NCBI GenBank assembly: GCA_001179505.1
Contig: CDMY01000389.1
Span: forward strand, 1-64,000
Length of the DNA stretch: 64,000 nt
DNA from: Vitrella brassicaformis CCMP3155
Lineage: Eukaryota; Protista; Chromerida
Direction: 5' to 3'
The position numbers were made by a program, and so were the translations under genes. The number at the start of each line of letters is the position of its first letter. Position 1 is the first letter of the stretch. Below the pieces are notes generated by a model. The model was not told the origin of the DNA, did no database searches, and was given only the letters and a program-made list of their open reading frames with translations. Positions 37,947 to 51,052 of this stretch are shown here, piece by piece.

Positions 37947-39287
37947 GGGAGGGAGGGAGGCGCTTGTCATTCGCCTCTCCTGTCGTATGTATCGCGCAGG
38001 GGATGTATCGCGCAGGGGGCTTATTGTGTTGTGTCTGTTGTATTATCAGCTGGACGAAGTATGTCAACAGCATCCGTGCCTGTGTGATGGATGCATCGTT
38101 GCTTGTGGTGCTGGGAGCGAGATTTTTGTCCACTCAGCGTGAGCTCGTGGTTGCTGGGGCTGATCGACGACTATGGAGATGGTGTGGATGCTTGTGCTGC
38201 ATGTCGTAAGAGGGCTGCTGCGCATGTGTTGTTCGCCTGTGTGTTTCGTGTCTGTCGTATCGCTTGGGGGGCTTACTGACTGTTGCGTTGTATTGTATTG
38301 TGAGCTGGATGGGTGACGCAAGCAAAGCACCCGGAGTGATGTGTCATTGCTTACAAGTTGTGGTGACGGGAGCGAGATTTTTCACGCCGAGTGAGCGTGT
38401 TGTTTCTTTGCTGATCGACGACCGAGGGGCTGCGTGAAGAGGCTGCTCCGCATTGATGGTTGTGTGGTTTATCCATCAATTCTCATGGTGATGAGTTGGT
38501 GCCGACTGATGGTTTTTTTTTCCCCCTGCTGTTGGGTCCTGACGTGTGTGAGGGTGCGGGGCGATTGGGTGAGCATCGATCTAATCGAGGTGAGGTGTGC
38601 TTTGTTTGGGTCCCGATCGCCATGATGCAGTGCCGCACGAGGGCTTGTTGGTCGTGAGGTGAAGTGTCTGTCATCTCCTTCTCTGCGCGTGTTAAGTTGC
38701 TGTGTCACGTGGATGTGAGTGCATGTTGCGTGAAGAGAGGCACATGCTGGCGTGTGTGCACTGCATCGTTTTCTATCGATGCCTTTATGGACACTGGTCG
38801 GGGGATGGGGGCGAGACACTAGCTGGGTCCACCCATAGTGGGTGAATGAAGCAGAGAAATTGGCGCGCTTGACAAACGTTAAATGCTGTATCCGTTGTCA
38901 ACACTCACGTACCGATCAGTCTGATCACTGTCACTTCAGCTGTCACGATAGACACGACAGGCGGGCAGGTACCATTCTATCTAGGTCGGCAATGTACACA
39001 GCACCGTGGAAAATCTCACCCTTCCATCCGAGTGCCTCTCTGACACGGGCAAAGTCAAACTGGCACGTCGAGAAGAGACCTCTTGTTTGGACCATCGTAT
39101 GCACACAAGGAGGAAGATAAAACACCCAGGGCTCTCTCTCTCGACTTCGTTTGCATATGCCACCCACCCCGCCGGCTACATACTACCGAAAAACTCGGGT
39201 TGTCCTTCTCGTCTTAAACCCATTCAACAGAGCGCATGCGCTGCTGGCCCCATATACGCCCCCTCTCTCCATCCGATGTGTCTGCAG

Positions 39288-40052
39288 CTAGTTCTTGGTG
39301 GTGGTGCAGCTGCCCGGCTGGCTCTGTACGCCGTCCTTTTCCTTGGCCATGGCCGTAAGCTGCGTCGGGACGCCAAAACTCATGCCGCAACCGCAGCTTT
39401 TGTCGGCGTTAGGATTGTCGAACCTACACACACGGACAGACAGACAGACAGACAGACAGATACACACACAGACATATACATCACAAAAAGCGCTCCAGGC
39501 GGCGGCCTACCTGAATCCCCCGCCAATGAGGTCATCACAGTAGTCGAGCTGCATGCCGAATAGATAAAGCAGCGCCTTGGGATCGACGACGTACTTGAAT
39601 CCCTCATCTTCGTAGGCCTCCACGGTATCGCGCGGCCCGACATCGGAGGCATCGATGAGGTCCATCGTGTAGGAAAGGCCGCTGCAGCCGCCGCTCTTGA
39701 CTCCCATGCGTAGCACCAGATCCCCATCGCCATCCCTCTGCTTCTTGGCTCGGAGCTCGGCTATCCTCTCCAGTGCCTTTGGCGTGATATCGATTGCCCG
39801 ACGTGATGTCGAGGCGCCACTTGACCGCACTGCCCAGCACAAAGCAAACGTGCTTGCGTGTTGGATGCTCGTCCCACGACCTCTGTGGTGCCCACCTGCC
39901 AGTGCTCGTCTTAGCAACACAGGCCTCCGTGGTGCGTTGACGCTCGCAGGCGGAGCGACAAAGGCAGCGGATCCTCGCGATTGAAGAAAGCGCCTGGCTG
40001 CCTCACTTGGCAGCACCGCAGCAGCACCAAGGATGAGGAAGAGATTCCACAT
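39288..40052 (-). CDS. sufA: Plastid-targeted SufA/IscA (HesB-like) Fe-S cluster A-type carrier, 2 exons
   Basis: Signal peptide MWNLFLILGAAAVLPSEA plus an Arg/Ser/Ala-rich transit-like peptide. IDITPKAL, LRMGVKSGGCSGLSY, VVDPKALLYLFGMQLDY, GGGFR|FDNPNADKSCGCGMSF with all three Cys present. Confidence 0.92.
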
Positions 40053-41413
40053 TTTTCAATCTTCTCAAGTGGCGGCGATGGGCGCGTCTGTCGCTGTCGT
40101 CGTGGCGCCTCGACACGCGCCGAGACGGACCTATCCGTTGTGTTAGGGCGTGAACAGGTTTCGTGACGAGGATGGTTCGTTCGTTCGTTAACCTCTCGGG
40201 GAGTATGAGTTCCGAGTCTGAGAGCTCCCAACACGACGACGAGAACGAGAGCTCATTCAACGATACCGAGTCAGAGGGGAATTCCGAGAGCAGTGGCGAG
40301 GAAAGCAACAGCTCCTCCGAAGCATCCGGTGAGTCCAGCGCATCCAGTGAATCAGGTGATGACGACGATGACGACTCCAGCAGCCCCACAGAAGCGCGAC
40401 CCGAGATCAAGAAGCCAGTCAGCAGGAGATCAGACGCTATCCTCAGTGACTTGCGCTCGTGCCTTCCTCACGGTAACAAAACCACTCCACGCACACATCG
40501 CTCTGAATGAGCACTCGTTTGCCTCTGCTGCAGGGGCGCGTGGAGGCCTGGGCATCTATCCCAGACGGGACACATCGGGAAAGCCGAAGGCGTACCGTCT
40601 GGCACTGCCCGGCTGGTCCACTTTTTCCCGGGTGATCAAGAACCGGCGCTGAGGAAGCACTTCGACAAGTCATTGAGGAGCGTAACAGGCAGGCTAAGGA
40701 GAGGGGTCTGCCTCTACTGGTGGGATACGAGAAAGTGCTGAAGAGGCACTTTACTTCAGCCGGGCCAGCAGCCGAAGGAGAGGGGGAGGAGAAGAGAGGA
40801 AACGAGCAGCCACGGCGAGTGGCCACGAAAAGGAAGAGGAATGCTGAAAGTGCTGCCGCTGGCAATCATGCTGGTGAAGAGTTGGTGACATTGAAGAGAC
40901 GCGGCATGTGAAGAACGCCAGGAAGGGGACCGGCAAGCGATCAGAAAGTCTCAATGAGAGGCAGCTATCATCATGAAGTCTCAATGAGAGGCAGCTGTAT
41001 TTCTTGGCGGTCCACTTCCAGTCCTATCTGCAGCCGATACGGCAGCTCGCCAAACAGCAGGGTGTCAAGACATTCAGCATTCAGTGGATTTCTGCCAAGA
41101 ATACGCTGGTCTGCAAGTACCCGCTGGAGAAAGTGCCATACAAGGATGTGGAGAGAGGCACAAAGGGCATCCAGGTCAGCTCAGAGGACAAGAGGGTGGG
41201 CACATGCTAAGGAACGCACTCTCGTTTCTCTGTATCTCTCTCTTTCTGTGTCTGTATGTATGTATACATGTATCTGTTGTGTTATGTCAGAAATGTTTGC
41301 GTTGTGTGATTGCCAAGCGCGTCAACTTGATGGAGCCTGACAACCGGCTCAAAGGATGGCAGGCGGCCTTGGAAGGCCCACAAGTGCACTTCGACCCTAC
41401 GATCGACTACAAG

Positions 41414-43040
41414 GTGCGTCAACTCAGTAAGCAGTAGACAAAGGAAATACAAATCGAGTAAGCTGCGATGGTGTGTGTGTGTGTGTGTGTGCAGGCCCTG
41501 TATGAGGCTCAGCGGAACAAGGACAAGGCGGCCGGACAGGAGAATGCGAGTGCAGCGAGTGGACTTGATCCGACCGGCGTTGTGCGTGCATTGAGGCGAG
41601 TACGGGACCCTACAGGAAACAAGAACAGCTCCAACTTCGGCATCGGCGGCCAGAAGAACAGCAAGGATCCCCGCTTCCTCGTGAAGATGGGCGAGAACCC
41701 CAGGAAGACCTTCTCCATCCGCGTGCACGGGCGCAAGACGGCGCTCATTATGGCTGTCAACGAGCGCAATCGCCAGGCGGCCGAGAACGGGGCCCTCTCG
41801 CCCATCGTTGGGTACGAGGGGGTGGCCGACTCATTCGAGCGGGGCGAGATTGGCGTGGCTATGGCAGCTGATGGGACGGGATCGGTGGCTCCTTCAGCCA
41901 AATCTGATGCCATCGAGTCATCCAACCTGGCCGACTCCAAGCAGCTGCGTGAGGCCGGGAGGCCGGTCTTGGACATGATGATGGAGGAGTCGTCGAGCGA
42001 CAGCGACAGCGATGACGACAGGGTCATTCCGATGAGGCGTGGGAGGGAGGGGGCGCGGGGGCTGTGGGGTGGGAGCGGNNNNNNNNNNNNNNNNNNNNNN
42101 NNNNNNNNNNNNNNNNNNNNNNNNNNNNNNNNNNNNNNNNNNNNNNNNNNNNNNNNNNNNNNNNNNNNNNNNNNNNNNNNNNNNNNNNNNNNNNNNNNNN
42201 NNNNNNNNNNNNNNNNNNNNNNNNNNNNNNNNNNNNNNNNNNNNNNNNNNNNNNNNNNNNNNNNNNNNNNNNNNNNNNNNNNNNNNNNNNNNNNNNNNNN
42301 NNNNNNNNNNNNNNNNNNNNNNNNNNNNNNNNNNNNNNNNNNNNNNNNNNNNNNNNNNNNNNNNNNNNNNNNNNNNNNCGTCAACTCAGTAAGCAGTAGA
42401 CAAAGGAAATACAAATCGAGTAAGCTGCGATGGTGTGTGTGTGTGTGTGTGTGCAGGCCCTGTATGAGGCTCAGCGGAACAAGGACAAGGCGGCCGGACA
42501 GGAGAATGCGAGTGCAGCGAGTGGACTTGATCCGACCGGCGTTGTGCGTGCATTGAGGCGAGTACGGGACCCTACAGGAAACAAGAACAGCTCCAACTTC
42601 GGCATCGGCGGCCAGAAGAACAGCAAGGATCCCCGCTTCCTCGTGAAGATGGGCGAGAACCCCAGGAAGACCTTCTCCATCCGCGTGCACGGGCGCAAGA
42701 CGGCGCTCATTATGGCTGTCAACGAGCGCAATCGCCAGGCGGCCGAGAACGGGGCCCTCTCGCCCATCGTTGGGTACGAGGGGGTGGCCGACTCATTCGA
42801 GCGGGGCGAGATTGGCGTGGCTATGGCAGCTGATGGACCGGCATCGGTGGCTCCTTCAGCCAAATCTGATGCCATCGAGTCATCCAACCTGGCCGACTCC
42901 AAGCAGCTGCCTGAGCGGCGGGAGGGCGGGAGGCCGGTATTGGATATGATGAGAGAGGAGTCGTCGAGCGACAGCGACAGCGATGACGACAGGGTCATTC
43001 CGATGAGGCGTGGGAGGGAGGGGGCGCGGGGGCTGTGGGG
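41414..43040 (+). repeat. ~660-bp direct duplication (41414-42078 vs 42379-~43040) either side of an N gap
   Basis: Both start cgtcaactcagtaagcagtagacaaagg. The first ~470 bp look identical; the tail of the pre-gap copy matches copy 1 (36380-36580) instead. Confidence 0.85.
42079..42378. other. Assembly gap (300 N)
   Basis: Run of N. Confidence 1.
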
Positions 43041-43976
43041 TGGGAGCCGCTTGGCTGACCATGACATTGTCGAGGCCGTAAGGAAGGTGCGCGGCATGGA
43101 GAAAGTCGCACTCAGGCTGCACAAGGTCAGTCGACACACATATACGTCGACACTTGTGATTTACTCTGTCTGCCTTGCTCTCTATCAGGGCGAGGTGTCT
43201 GCTGGTCAGTTGCTTGAGACGCTTCAGGACGGCAGCCAAGCGCTCTCTCGACTGAACAACCTTATCTCCACCCAGCAGCTGCGCATTGGCCATGTGATAG
43301 ATGTATGTGCTGCTATCCGCGGTGTGCAAGGCGACCCTCTGCTGGCCTCTTACCGCGAGGATGAGAAGTGCAGGAAGCTGATTGAGCTGCAATCACCAGA
43401 CATGCTATACGATGGCCTCAGCGAGGACCCCAAACTACATCCGCTGGCCACTAGCCTGAAAGAGGTGAGCACAATGGCACACACACAGACACACGTGTCC
43501 GTGTATGTTTGTTGCGGTGTGTGAAGGAGCGTGTGTCTGGTGTTGGGCTGGTGAGGTTGATCCGCTTATGCAATCGTGTGCTGGAGAAGGAAGAAGAGCG
43601 CTTTCTTGAGAGTCTGATGATGTCCCAACCAGATGGCCTTCGGTTGCGCGTCTTCCAGTGGCATGTGCGGCTGATCCTCTTAGCGCTGACGAAGCATGGC
43701 ATATTGGAATCAGCGAAGTGACTTAGTCAGGAATATGTCACATCATCAGTTGTATAACTCGAGTTTGCAGAGGGACCTTAAGAGGCATGTCATTATTATA
43801 TCTGCTTTCTGGTGGATGCCCGTTCTTGTATGATTGCTGCATATCACAGCTGACTGCATCATATCACAGCTGACTGCATCTGATTCAGACAGCTTGTGAA
43901 CTCAGAGCCGGGGACGACACATGGGTTAGAGCGGTAACGGAACGCGAAACTCAACGCAAGCCCACCTGTAAAAAAG

Positions 43977-46900
43977 ATGTGGTTCGACCACCTGCGGCCT
44001 CGGACACCCCCTCGAACCTCGCGGCTTCCCTCCCGCAGTCCTCCCCCCCGACAGCCGGCCTCTCCTCCGCCTCCGCCATGGTGGCATGAGGCCTCTCGAG
44101 CTCCGTCGCGTTCGCCGCCTCCGTTCAGAAGCAGATCACGTTCACCGACACCATACAGACGAGGTTTGTGAGCGAGCGAGTGACTGAATGAATGAATGAA
44201 TGACTGCTACACTTTCGTTTCTGCGTTGATTGCCTGTCACGTGCCTGGCTTCTTCAGGTCGTTCGCCGCGGGAGAACAGCGTTCCGGATTCCATCCTCGA
44301 CCGCGAGTCTGACACACTGGCGGCGCTTGAGGAGATCTGTGGGGCAAGGATATCGATCAGACGAGACAGACGAGTCGGCCCTCCGCTTACGATAGATGGG
44401 CCGGCTCCCGGTAGGAGACTGGCGAATCGGCTCATTGAGCTGCTGTCGGAGAGAGAGAGGCGGCCGTTGGATGAGCCGCTCACGCTGCCTGAGAGGCGGC
44501 TTATGGCTATTCGTAATGATGATCGGGATTCCTTCTGCGTCGTGAGTGTGCCTGACGAGCCTGACTGCAAGTCAGTCATTCGAGGGAGAATCAAAGCGGC
44601 TGGCAAGAAACTGCTGGTGTTCTGCGTAGGTTCCAAAGGGCCCTTGCAGGTGGGTGGGTGGAAAGACATGGAAAACGCACACACATCACATCCCTGGTTT
44701 TCTCTTGCTGTGGGATCTATCGATCAGCCCAGTCCTCTCTTTAGCTGTCCTGATCGATGCGTACTTTTGGTCATCTTCGGAGAAAGGTAGGGGAACGAAC
44801 AGCACAGCGCCTGTTTTTTGCTTTAATCTCTGTGTGGCATGTGCAGTTTTGGGCGGCAGCGCTTTGCCTTGGACGTGATGCACGACGTGGAAGTCATTCG
44901 TCCTCATTCGTATCCTCGATGCTATGCGGATTATCGGCCTTGTGACTCTCCATTTCGCCAGCTGCCTCCTAGCAGCCCTGACGCGAGCAGCATTGACGCA
45001 GAGCAATGCTACGTGGGACGCGAGCATATCGGCCATATCATCAGTCGGCGATCCGTGTTCCAGTGTGTGACCGACTGCTGTGCAATGGTCGTGGGGAAGT
45101 CTGCTAACTCTGCAATCGTACTCGGTGCGAGCAGCAGATGCAAGTGCGTAGTATGTTACAGCCGAGTGCATGTGTGGATGATGTTTGTTTGCAGGTCCTC
45201 TATTTGCCAGGCGATGGTGCATGAAGCTAATCTGGGACAACACAAGGTCGTTCAAGTATTCTGTTGACATGAGGGCTCTGGACAGCTCAAATGAGTCTCT
45301 CTTCCCCCCCCTGACCAGCAGCGATTTGAGAGATAGGTATAAATAAATGGCCAACTAGGAATGGTGCAGTGTGTTTGTTTGTTTGTCTCTGTGTGTCGTC
45401 TGTGTAGGCGATGCGTTCTTCGACAAGACAAGGTGCTTTTCGTTGTCGCCGACGCAGTTGCTGCTGAGGCACAGAAGGTTATCCATTTACTCAAAAGGAG
45501 CAAAGCCCATACGTTGTCTTATTGGACGACCGAGTACGCACACGGAGAGGCAAAACACAGGAGGCGGCCTCTGTATTCTCACGTGTGCTGTCCCCCTAGG
45601 CTGCCTGGCCTGCTGTCAGAAGGTCGCCAGGTGCGGCTGGTCTTGGGCTGTGAGCCGAGGGATGCACAAACACTAGCGGGTCACTTACTAGACACACTGC
45701 CGAATGCCAAAGCCTTCTTGCTGCCGCCGAATCGGTAGGCTAAGGACGAAACATGGTGATGGCATCCATCTGTACTTCCTTTGCCGTTCATCTCTTTGTT
45801 TGGTAGGGATGATCTTCACTTTGATGAGGTGCCAAGGTGTGAGCTGACTTCACGGCCGGTCCGACTCAGTCCAGCAGCGCCGCCAACACATCAGGAGCGG
45901 CCAAACGACATCCCGAATTCTCATCGTCGGCCACAAGAGCCTGCGCTGTTTCCCAAGATGCCTGCTGCCGCCCCCACAAGAGCTGCCGAGCAGACCTCCA
46001 ACAACCAGGCGGTGCTGGCCGCAGACAAGGGCGGCGAAAAAGGTCAGCGATGGCCACCATGACAGAGGCATACGAACGCTCATTCATCATGGCCCTTGTC
46101 TCTCTGTGTGTATGCTGTGTGTGTAGGGTGTGACGCACCTGAGGCTCCAGCTGCTGTGGCGGCGGCAGAGGAAGCAGTGCTGCCGGCAGAACGGAAGGAT
46201 AAAGAGCGTGCAGCAGATCACCAGCCCCCGACGGCCCGTCCGGCTAACCACCCTGACGCCCCCAAGGCGTCTTTCACCCATTCGCCCATCACACCGGCCG
46301 CTGCCTCTGCTCCCCCTATTGCCCCGCAGCACCACCACCGCCCCTCCGGGCCCGGCCTTTCAAGCGCCCGCTCGCGTGAGTCAGAACATCCCAGCGAAGC
46401 CAAGTCCAGCAATGGCGCATACTTCGGCGGCTTCTTCGGCGACTCGCCCGATGATGAGAAGGACAGAGAGGACAACGACGATGAGTACTGGGCCCGTGCA
46501 AGACAGGCGCCCAAATCAGACGCCAGCGTGAGCGAGGAAGGGCAAGAGGGCGATGGAGACGAGCAGATGGGCAGCGGAGAGGCTGACGATGGCCGAGTGG
46601 CGTGGGATGCGATGACGGTCGACGACCTGCACTTCATTCTGTCGATCCACCCGTGCCCAGAGGTCAACAAGGTGGCTGACGCTCTCACCACGGGCATGGT
46701 AAGGGGGACAGACCGGGGAGAGAGAGAGGGATGACACACTGGCTGGATGTCTGTGTCTATTTATTTATCAGCAGACGAGCAAGGAGGGCTCATCGTCTTC
46801 GGCATCAAGCGGCAGTCTCTTATCCTCTTCTGACTGCAGCGGCTACACGCCCCAACACCTCCTCGACGATCTCGCCGGCCCCCTCCCTCTCGCACTCCAC

Positions 46901-47286
46901 CTGCGCCCCGCAGCCGACATGCGACACGCGCTTCTTCCCGTCATGCGCGTGGGCCCCATGATTGCCATCTATTTGACGCTGAGGCAGGTCCGTCGGCTGG
47001 CCGAGACGAGGGGCGGTGTCAGCCGCGGCGACATTGCGGAGGCGCTCGAGAGCAGCCGGGAGGGCGATGATTGTCACAATCCTCTGGCTGCGGAGGATGT
47101 GTTGGCTGTGGGCGAGCTGTATGACATGCTCAAGACGGGCCAGGGGCTGAGGCCACTCGCGAACCGACTCAAACAGGTGGGTGGCAGACCACAGGCAGCG
47201 TCCATCTAGCGAGGTGATGCATTTGTGTGTGTGTGTTTCGTGTATGTTGTCAGGAGAGGTTCACAGGTGTGTCGCTGGGTCACGTG
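43977..47286 (+). CDS. RS/Pro-rich protein with degenerate KH-like domains, copy 1 (3' end runs into gap)
   Basis: RSPPP/RSRSRSPTPY leader. ILDRESDTLAALEEICGARISI...LTIDGPAPGRRLANRLIELL is KH-like but lacks GxxG. The C-terminal ~1.1 kb aligns with 52990-54130. Confidence 0.55.
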
Positions 47287-47287
47287 C

Positions 47288-47587
47288 NNNNNNNNNNNNN
47301 NNNNNNNNNNNNNNNNNNNNNNNNNNNNNNNNNNNNNNNNNNNNNNNNNNNNNNNNNNNNNNNNNNNNNNNNNNNNNNNNNNNNNNNNNNNNNNNNNNNN
47401 NNNNNNNNNNNNNNNNNNNNNNNNNNNNNNNNNNNNNNNNNNNNNNNNNNNNNNNNNNNNNNNNNNNNNNNNNNNNNNNNNNNNNNNNNNNNNNNNNNNN
47501 NNNNNNNNNNNNNNNNNNNNNNNNNNNNNNNNNNNNNNNNNNNNNNNNNNNNNNNNNNNNNNNNNNNNNNNNNNNNNNNNNNNNNNN
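47288..47587. other. Assembly gap (300 N)
   Basis: Run of N. Confidence 1.
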
Positions 47588-49198
47588 CGGAGCAGGTACA
47601 GTTCAGCGCCAATCCAATAATGAGGGATTGGCACAGTCAAGAGCAATGGTGGAGAGCCGCCGTCGGTGTCTCTGTGTCTGATGTGGTGCAGGTACATCGA
47701 CGTAGTCCTACGCGGCACGGAGCAGGTACAGTTCAGCGCCAATCCAATAATGATGGGGGCGGTGGACAAGCGGCTAAGTTGGAGGAGGGGAGAAGGACCT
47801 GGCCATGGCACAGGCGCTGATTAGGTGGGGGATGCATCTGTGTGAGGAGGAGAGGGAGGCCATAGACACCATAATCAAGTGAAAAGAAACACACACGGCT
47901 TGCATCGGCCCTCTGCGAGCGGTCGATATCATACACGTGTCTGTTTACCTTTGTGTGTCTGTCCGCTGTTCCGTCGCAGACGTTGCCGGGCCTTCTTGTG
48001 ACGGCACGGAGGAGGTGGTGGGGCGGGTGCTGTATTGACAGTGTGAGGCGATGTACTTGAGCCACCATCGGTCTTTGAGAGAAGGTATGGGCATCGAAGA
48101 TGTGATACAGCTTCTTTGACCGATGTGACTGCCTGTGCTGCCATGTCTCTGTCTGTGATATCTGTTTTCAGCCGCAGTGCATCGCTGCCTTCATTTTATA
48201 TCCGTGGACATATCTTTTCTTCTGATCCCAGCCAGCATTGGGGCTCTTCGTTGACGCCAGCGTCGCAGCCACACAGGACGGCCTTAATTGAATTTCCGGC
48301 AAGCCAACCTCTGAGACGCTGGAGCACTTCATGAGGGACGATGTCGTGACCAGCGACACGTGGGACGAGGCAGACATCTGGGCCCTCGCCACCACTGCCA
48401 TGAAGGCCGTGTTCAACCAACAGAAATTTCTGCTCATCGACGCCCAGGAGGTACACGCAACACTGGGCAGCCACACAACTCGTGCAGCATCCGAAAGCAC
48501 GATGTGTATGGATTTCTTGAAAGGCGTGACAGCCTGACAAGCTGATGGCGTGGCAGCGGGAGCAAGAGGGGTGGGCGTCTGTGGTGAGTTGAGCTGGGGA
48601 TAGTGTGTGAGGAGACAGGAGGATTCCTTCGGTCATGTCTCTGTATGTGTCTCTAAGCAGGCTCATCCGATCGCTGTCTACATTTGATATTGGTGGACAT
48701 ATCATAGCCTTTCAACGCCCTCAACCACACGGCCTGCGTGACTACCGCCCGCGCCCAGTCTACTCAGGTCGAGTGAAGGAACAGGGGAGATGAAATGGGG
48801 AGGCTGTTGTGGTTTGTTCACCTTCCTCTCCTCTATGTCACGTGTGCAGGTATGGTCGCACCCCCATCGACCTGTAAGTACCCAGACAACCACCAGAGGC
48901 AGCAACAGAGGGCATCTGTTCGTGTGTTGATGTCTTCAGGATCGTCGACGTCGCTCGTCGGTGTCGCCTCTCCCCCGAAAGCGCCGTCCCGCCGCCCTCG
49001 TGTGCCAACGAGGGTGAGCTGGTGCGTGTGAGTGAGATGTACGGCGTCCTCGAGGCCATGTACCCCAACATCCTCGCCAAAGACGTCATGCAGTCCTCAT
49101 CATGACCGGCAAGAAACAACCTAAGATGACATGCCTCTTCAAGTGAGAACAGACAAACGAAGGGCATCACGCCATTCTCTATGCGTATGTGTGTGTCA

Positions 49199-50227
49199 GG
49201 AGTTCGCTGCACGGTTCGTCGTATGCCAGTCTGGTGCAGCGTGTGGTGGGGCGGCGCGGCCTCCTGTTCGTCATCAAGTGCGACAACACCGGCAAGGTGG
49301 CCATCGCTGGCGGTCGCGTGTGGCTGGGGTATGGCAAGGACGGCCCGACTGACGACCTTCTCACTGTCGTCAGTGGGTGTTGAAGAAGGAGCTGCCGGCC
49401 AGCAGGAAATTTGTGGGCAAGACCATCAGCAGCAAGGCCGCGAGCCTCTGTGGGGCTGAGACCCACAACTTCACCGCCCAGCGTGTGGAGGTCTTCCAGG
49501 TAAGTCAGCCAGGCATCAACCAGAGGCACACAAATGGCTGTAGACATCATGAGATTCTTCTTCTGGCTGTGTGCAGGTGTGGAGTGGGCTGCCGGTCGAC
49601 CCCATCGTGTCTTAGTCCGACATGCAAGCACACGTCGACGCGACTGGCATGACGGACGCAAAGCCAAAACTCCTCTACAAGTGAGCAACCGATGACAGGG
49701 AGGCTTATGGTAACTCGTGAGTGATATCCCTGTGGTGCTTTCGTGTCTATGTGTCAGGGGTGAGCGTGACGGCTGGGAGCCCGAGGCCGTGTTCAAGAAT
49801 GTGGGCGACGCCACCGACCTCCTGCTGCTCCTCAAAGACCCCAGCGGCCCCATCATCGCCTCCCACATCGAGGGCCCCCGACCCCACTGCAGAGGCGACG
49901 GCCCTAGCGACGACCCGCTGTGCTGTGTCGCTCTTCTCGGTGTGCGGCGCATTCGAGGAAGACGGTATCATCAAGATCGAGGTGCCCGAGGACAATCAGG
50001 ACGTGACGGTGGCGGGCACCAAGGGGGCGGTGATGAACAGGGACGGTGAGCCATGCGGCAAGGTGTGCATCGCCAATGGCCGCCTGTGGCCGGGGATCGG
50101 CTATCACGGCCACAGGGATGAGCTGCCGGCCGACAAAAAGTACATCGGGACCATCACCAACACGGGGAACGTCAGCTTGGCCTCATCGTCGACTTCACGG
50201 CTGCCGATATGGAGATCTACACACTGA
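49199..50227 (+). pseudogene. Two decayed TLDc-like domain fragments of an expanded lineage family
   Basis: SSLHGSSYASLVQRV...GLLFVIK...IAGGRVWLG...FTAQRVEVFQ and KLLYK...RDGWEPEAVFKNVGDATDLLLLL...IANGRLW. Internal deletions and frame changes are present. Confidence 0.5.
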
Positions 50228-50679
50228 AGGTCAGGGGAAGAGAAGGAAGACAGACACACACGATGAATGATCCGTCTCCCTGTGTGTGTGTTCAGCCGTC
50301 TGCTGGGTGGCAGTGGGTGAGTGCCGTCGCCTCCGTCATGATGAACTCACGACCGACGTGATGACTGTTGAGGGAGGCAGACAGGCAAACACCTGTGTGT
50401 GTGTATGTGAGACAGACCTGTCTGCGCTGCATTGACACGTCGCATGGCCGAGTGCTTCATCGCCGCCGCTGCATCCATTCATCCACATGTGTGTCTGTGT
50501 GGAAGCCGGCGACTCGTTTGTGTCTCTGGGTGTGCGCACAGAGTCTATCAGACCACTGGGGGTGGCGGGTGCATTTGAGCCATCGCAGAGGATTCTCTCT
50601 ATCGATGTGTGTGTGTTCATGTCTATAGCCAGCGGACCTCTGTGCGTGTGGTGTGTCGCGATGCTGTACAGACAACACC

Positions 50680-50848
50680 GCTCCGGCTGTGCAGCGGCGG
50701 TGTGCGGGACATCCGTGAGCAGCGATTCCTTGAGAGTCTGATGCTGTCCCAGCCAGATGGCCTTCGTGTGCGCGTCTTCCAGTGGCATGTGCGGCTGATC
50801 CTCTCAGCGCTGATGAAGCATGGCGTGTTGGAGCCGGCCAGGCAGTGA
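50680..50848 (+). pseudogene. Isolated last exon of the AP2-like family gene
   Basis: EQRFLESLMLSQPDGLRVRVFQWHVRLILSALMKHGVLEPARQ* aligns with 43600-43720; no matching upstream exons are seen. Confidence 0.7.
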
Positions 50849-50871
50849 GTTGGATAGGACGCAGACAGGCG

Positions 50872-50906
<35 letters not shown>

Positions 50907-51052
50907 GTGTGTGTGTGCGGTTGGGATGTCTGCATGTTGACGAGTGAGTGAGAACTACACTGAGTAGGTCTTTGTCGAAAGGTACGTGGGTGTGCATGCA
51001 GCATGGCAAATGTTTATTGTGCCACGGACAGACCACGGAATGAATCCGATCC

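Larger units (their letters stand above)
40205..43720 (+). pseudogene. ApiAP2-like family copy 2, disrupted
   Basis: Colinear with copy 1, but with frameshifts at ~40644 and ~40907 and an in-frame TGA at 40974-40976 inside a 30-bp insertion. Spans the N gap; last exon ...LTKHGILESAK*. Confidence 0.65.

Noticed and set aside
37950-39280. Short ORFs between GFA and sufA
   Set aside because: No recognisable domains or coherent exon chain.
41414-43040. Real tandem duplication or chimeric third AP2-like copy
   Set aside because: The duplicate flanks a fixed-size 300-N gap and the pre-gap copy switches to copy-1 sequence, which is typical of a collapsed-repeat misassembly. It cannot be supported without reads.
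47588-47753. 36-bp direct repeat (47588-47623 and 47718-47753) as a CRISPR-like array
   Set aside because: Only two copies, directly beside a gap, eukaryotic context and no cas genes; more likely a local duplication or contig-end artefact.
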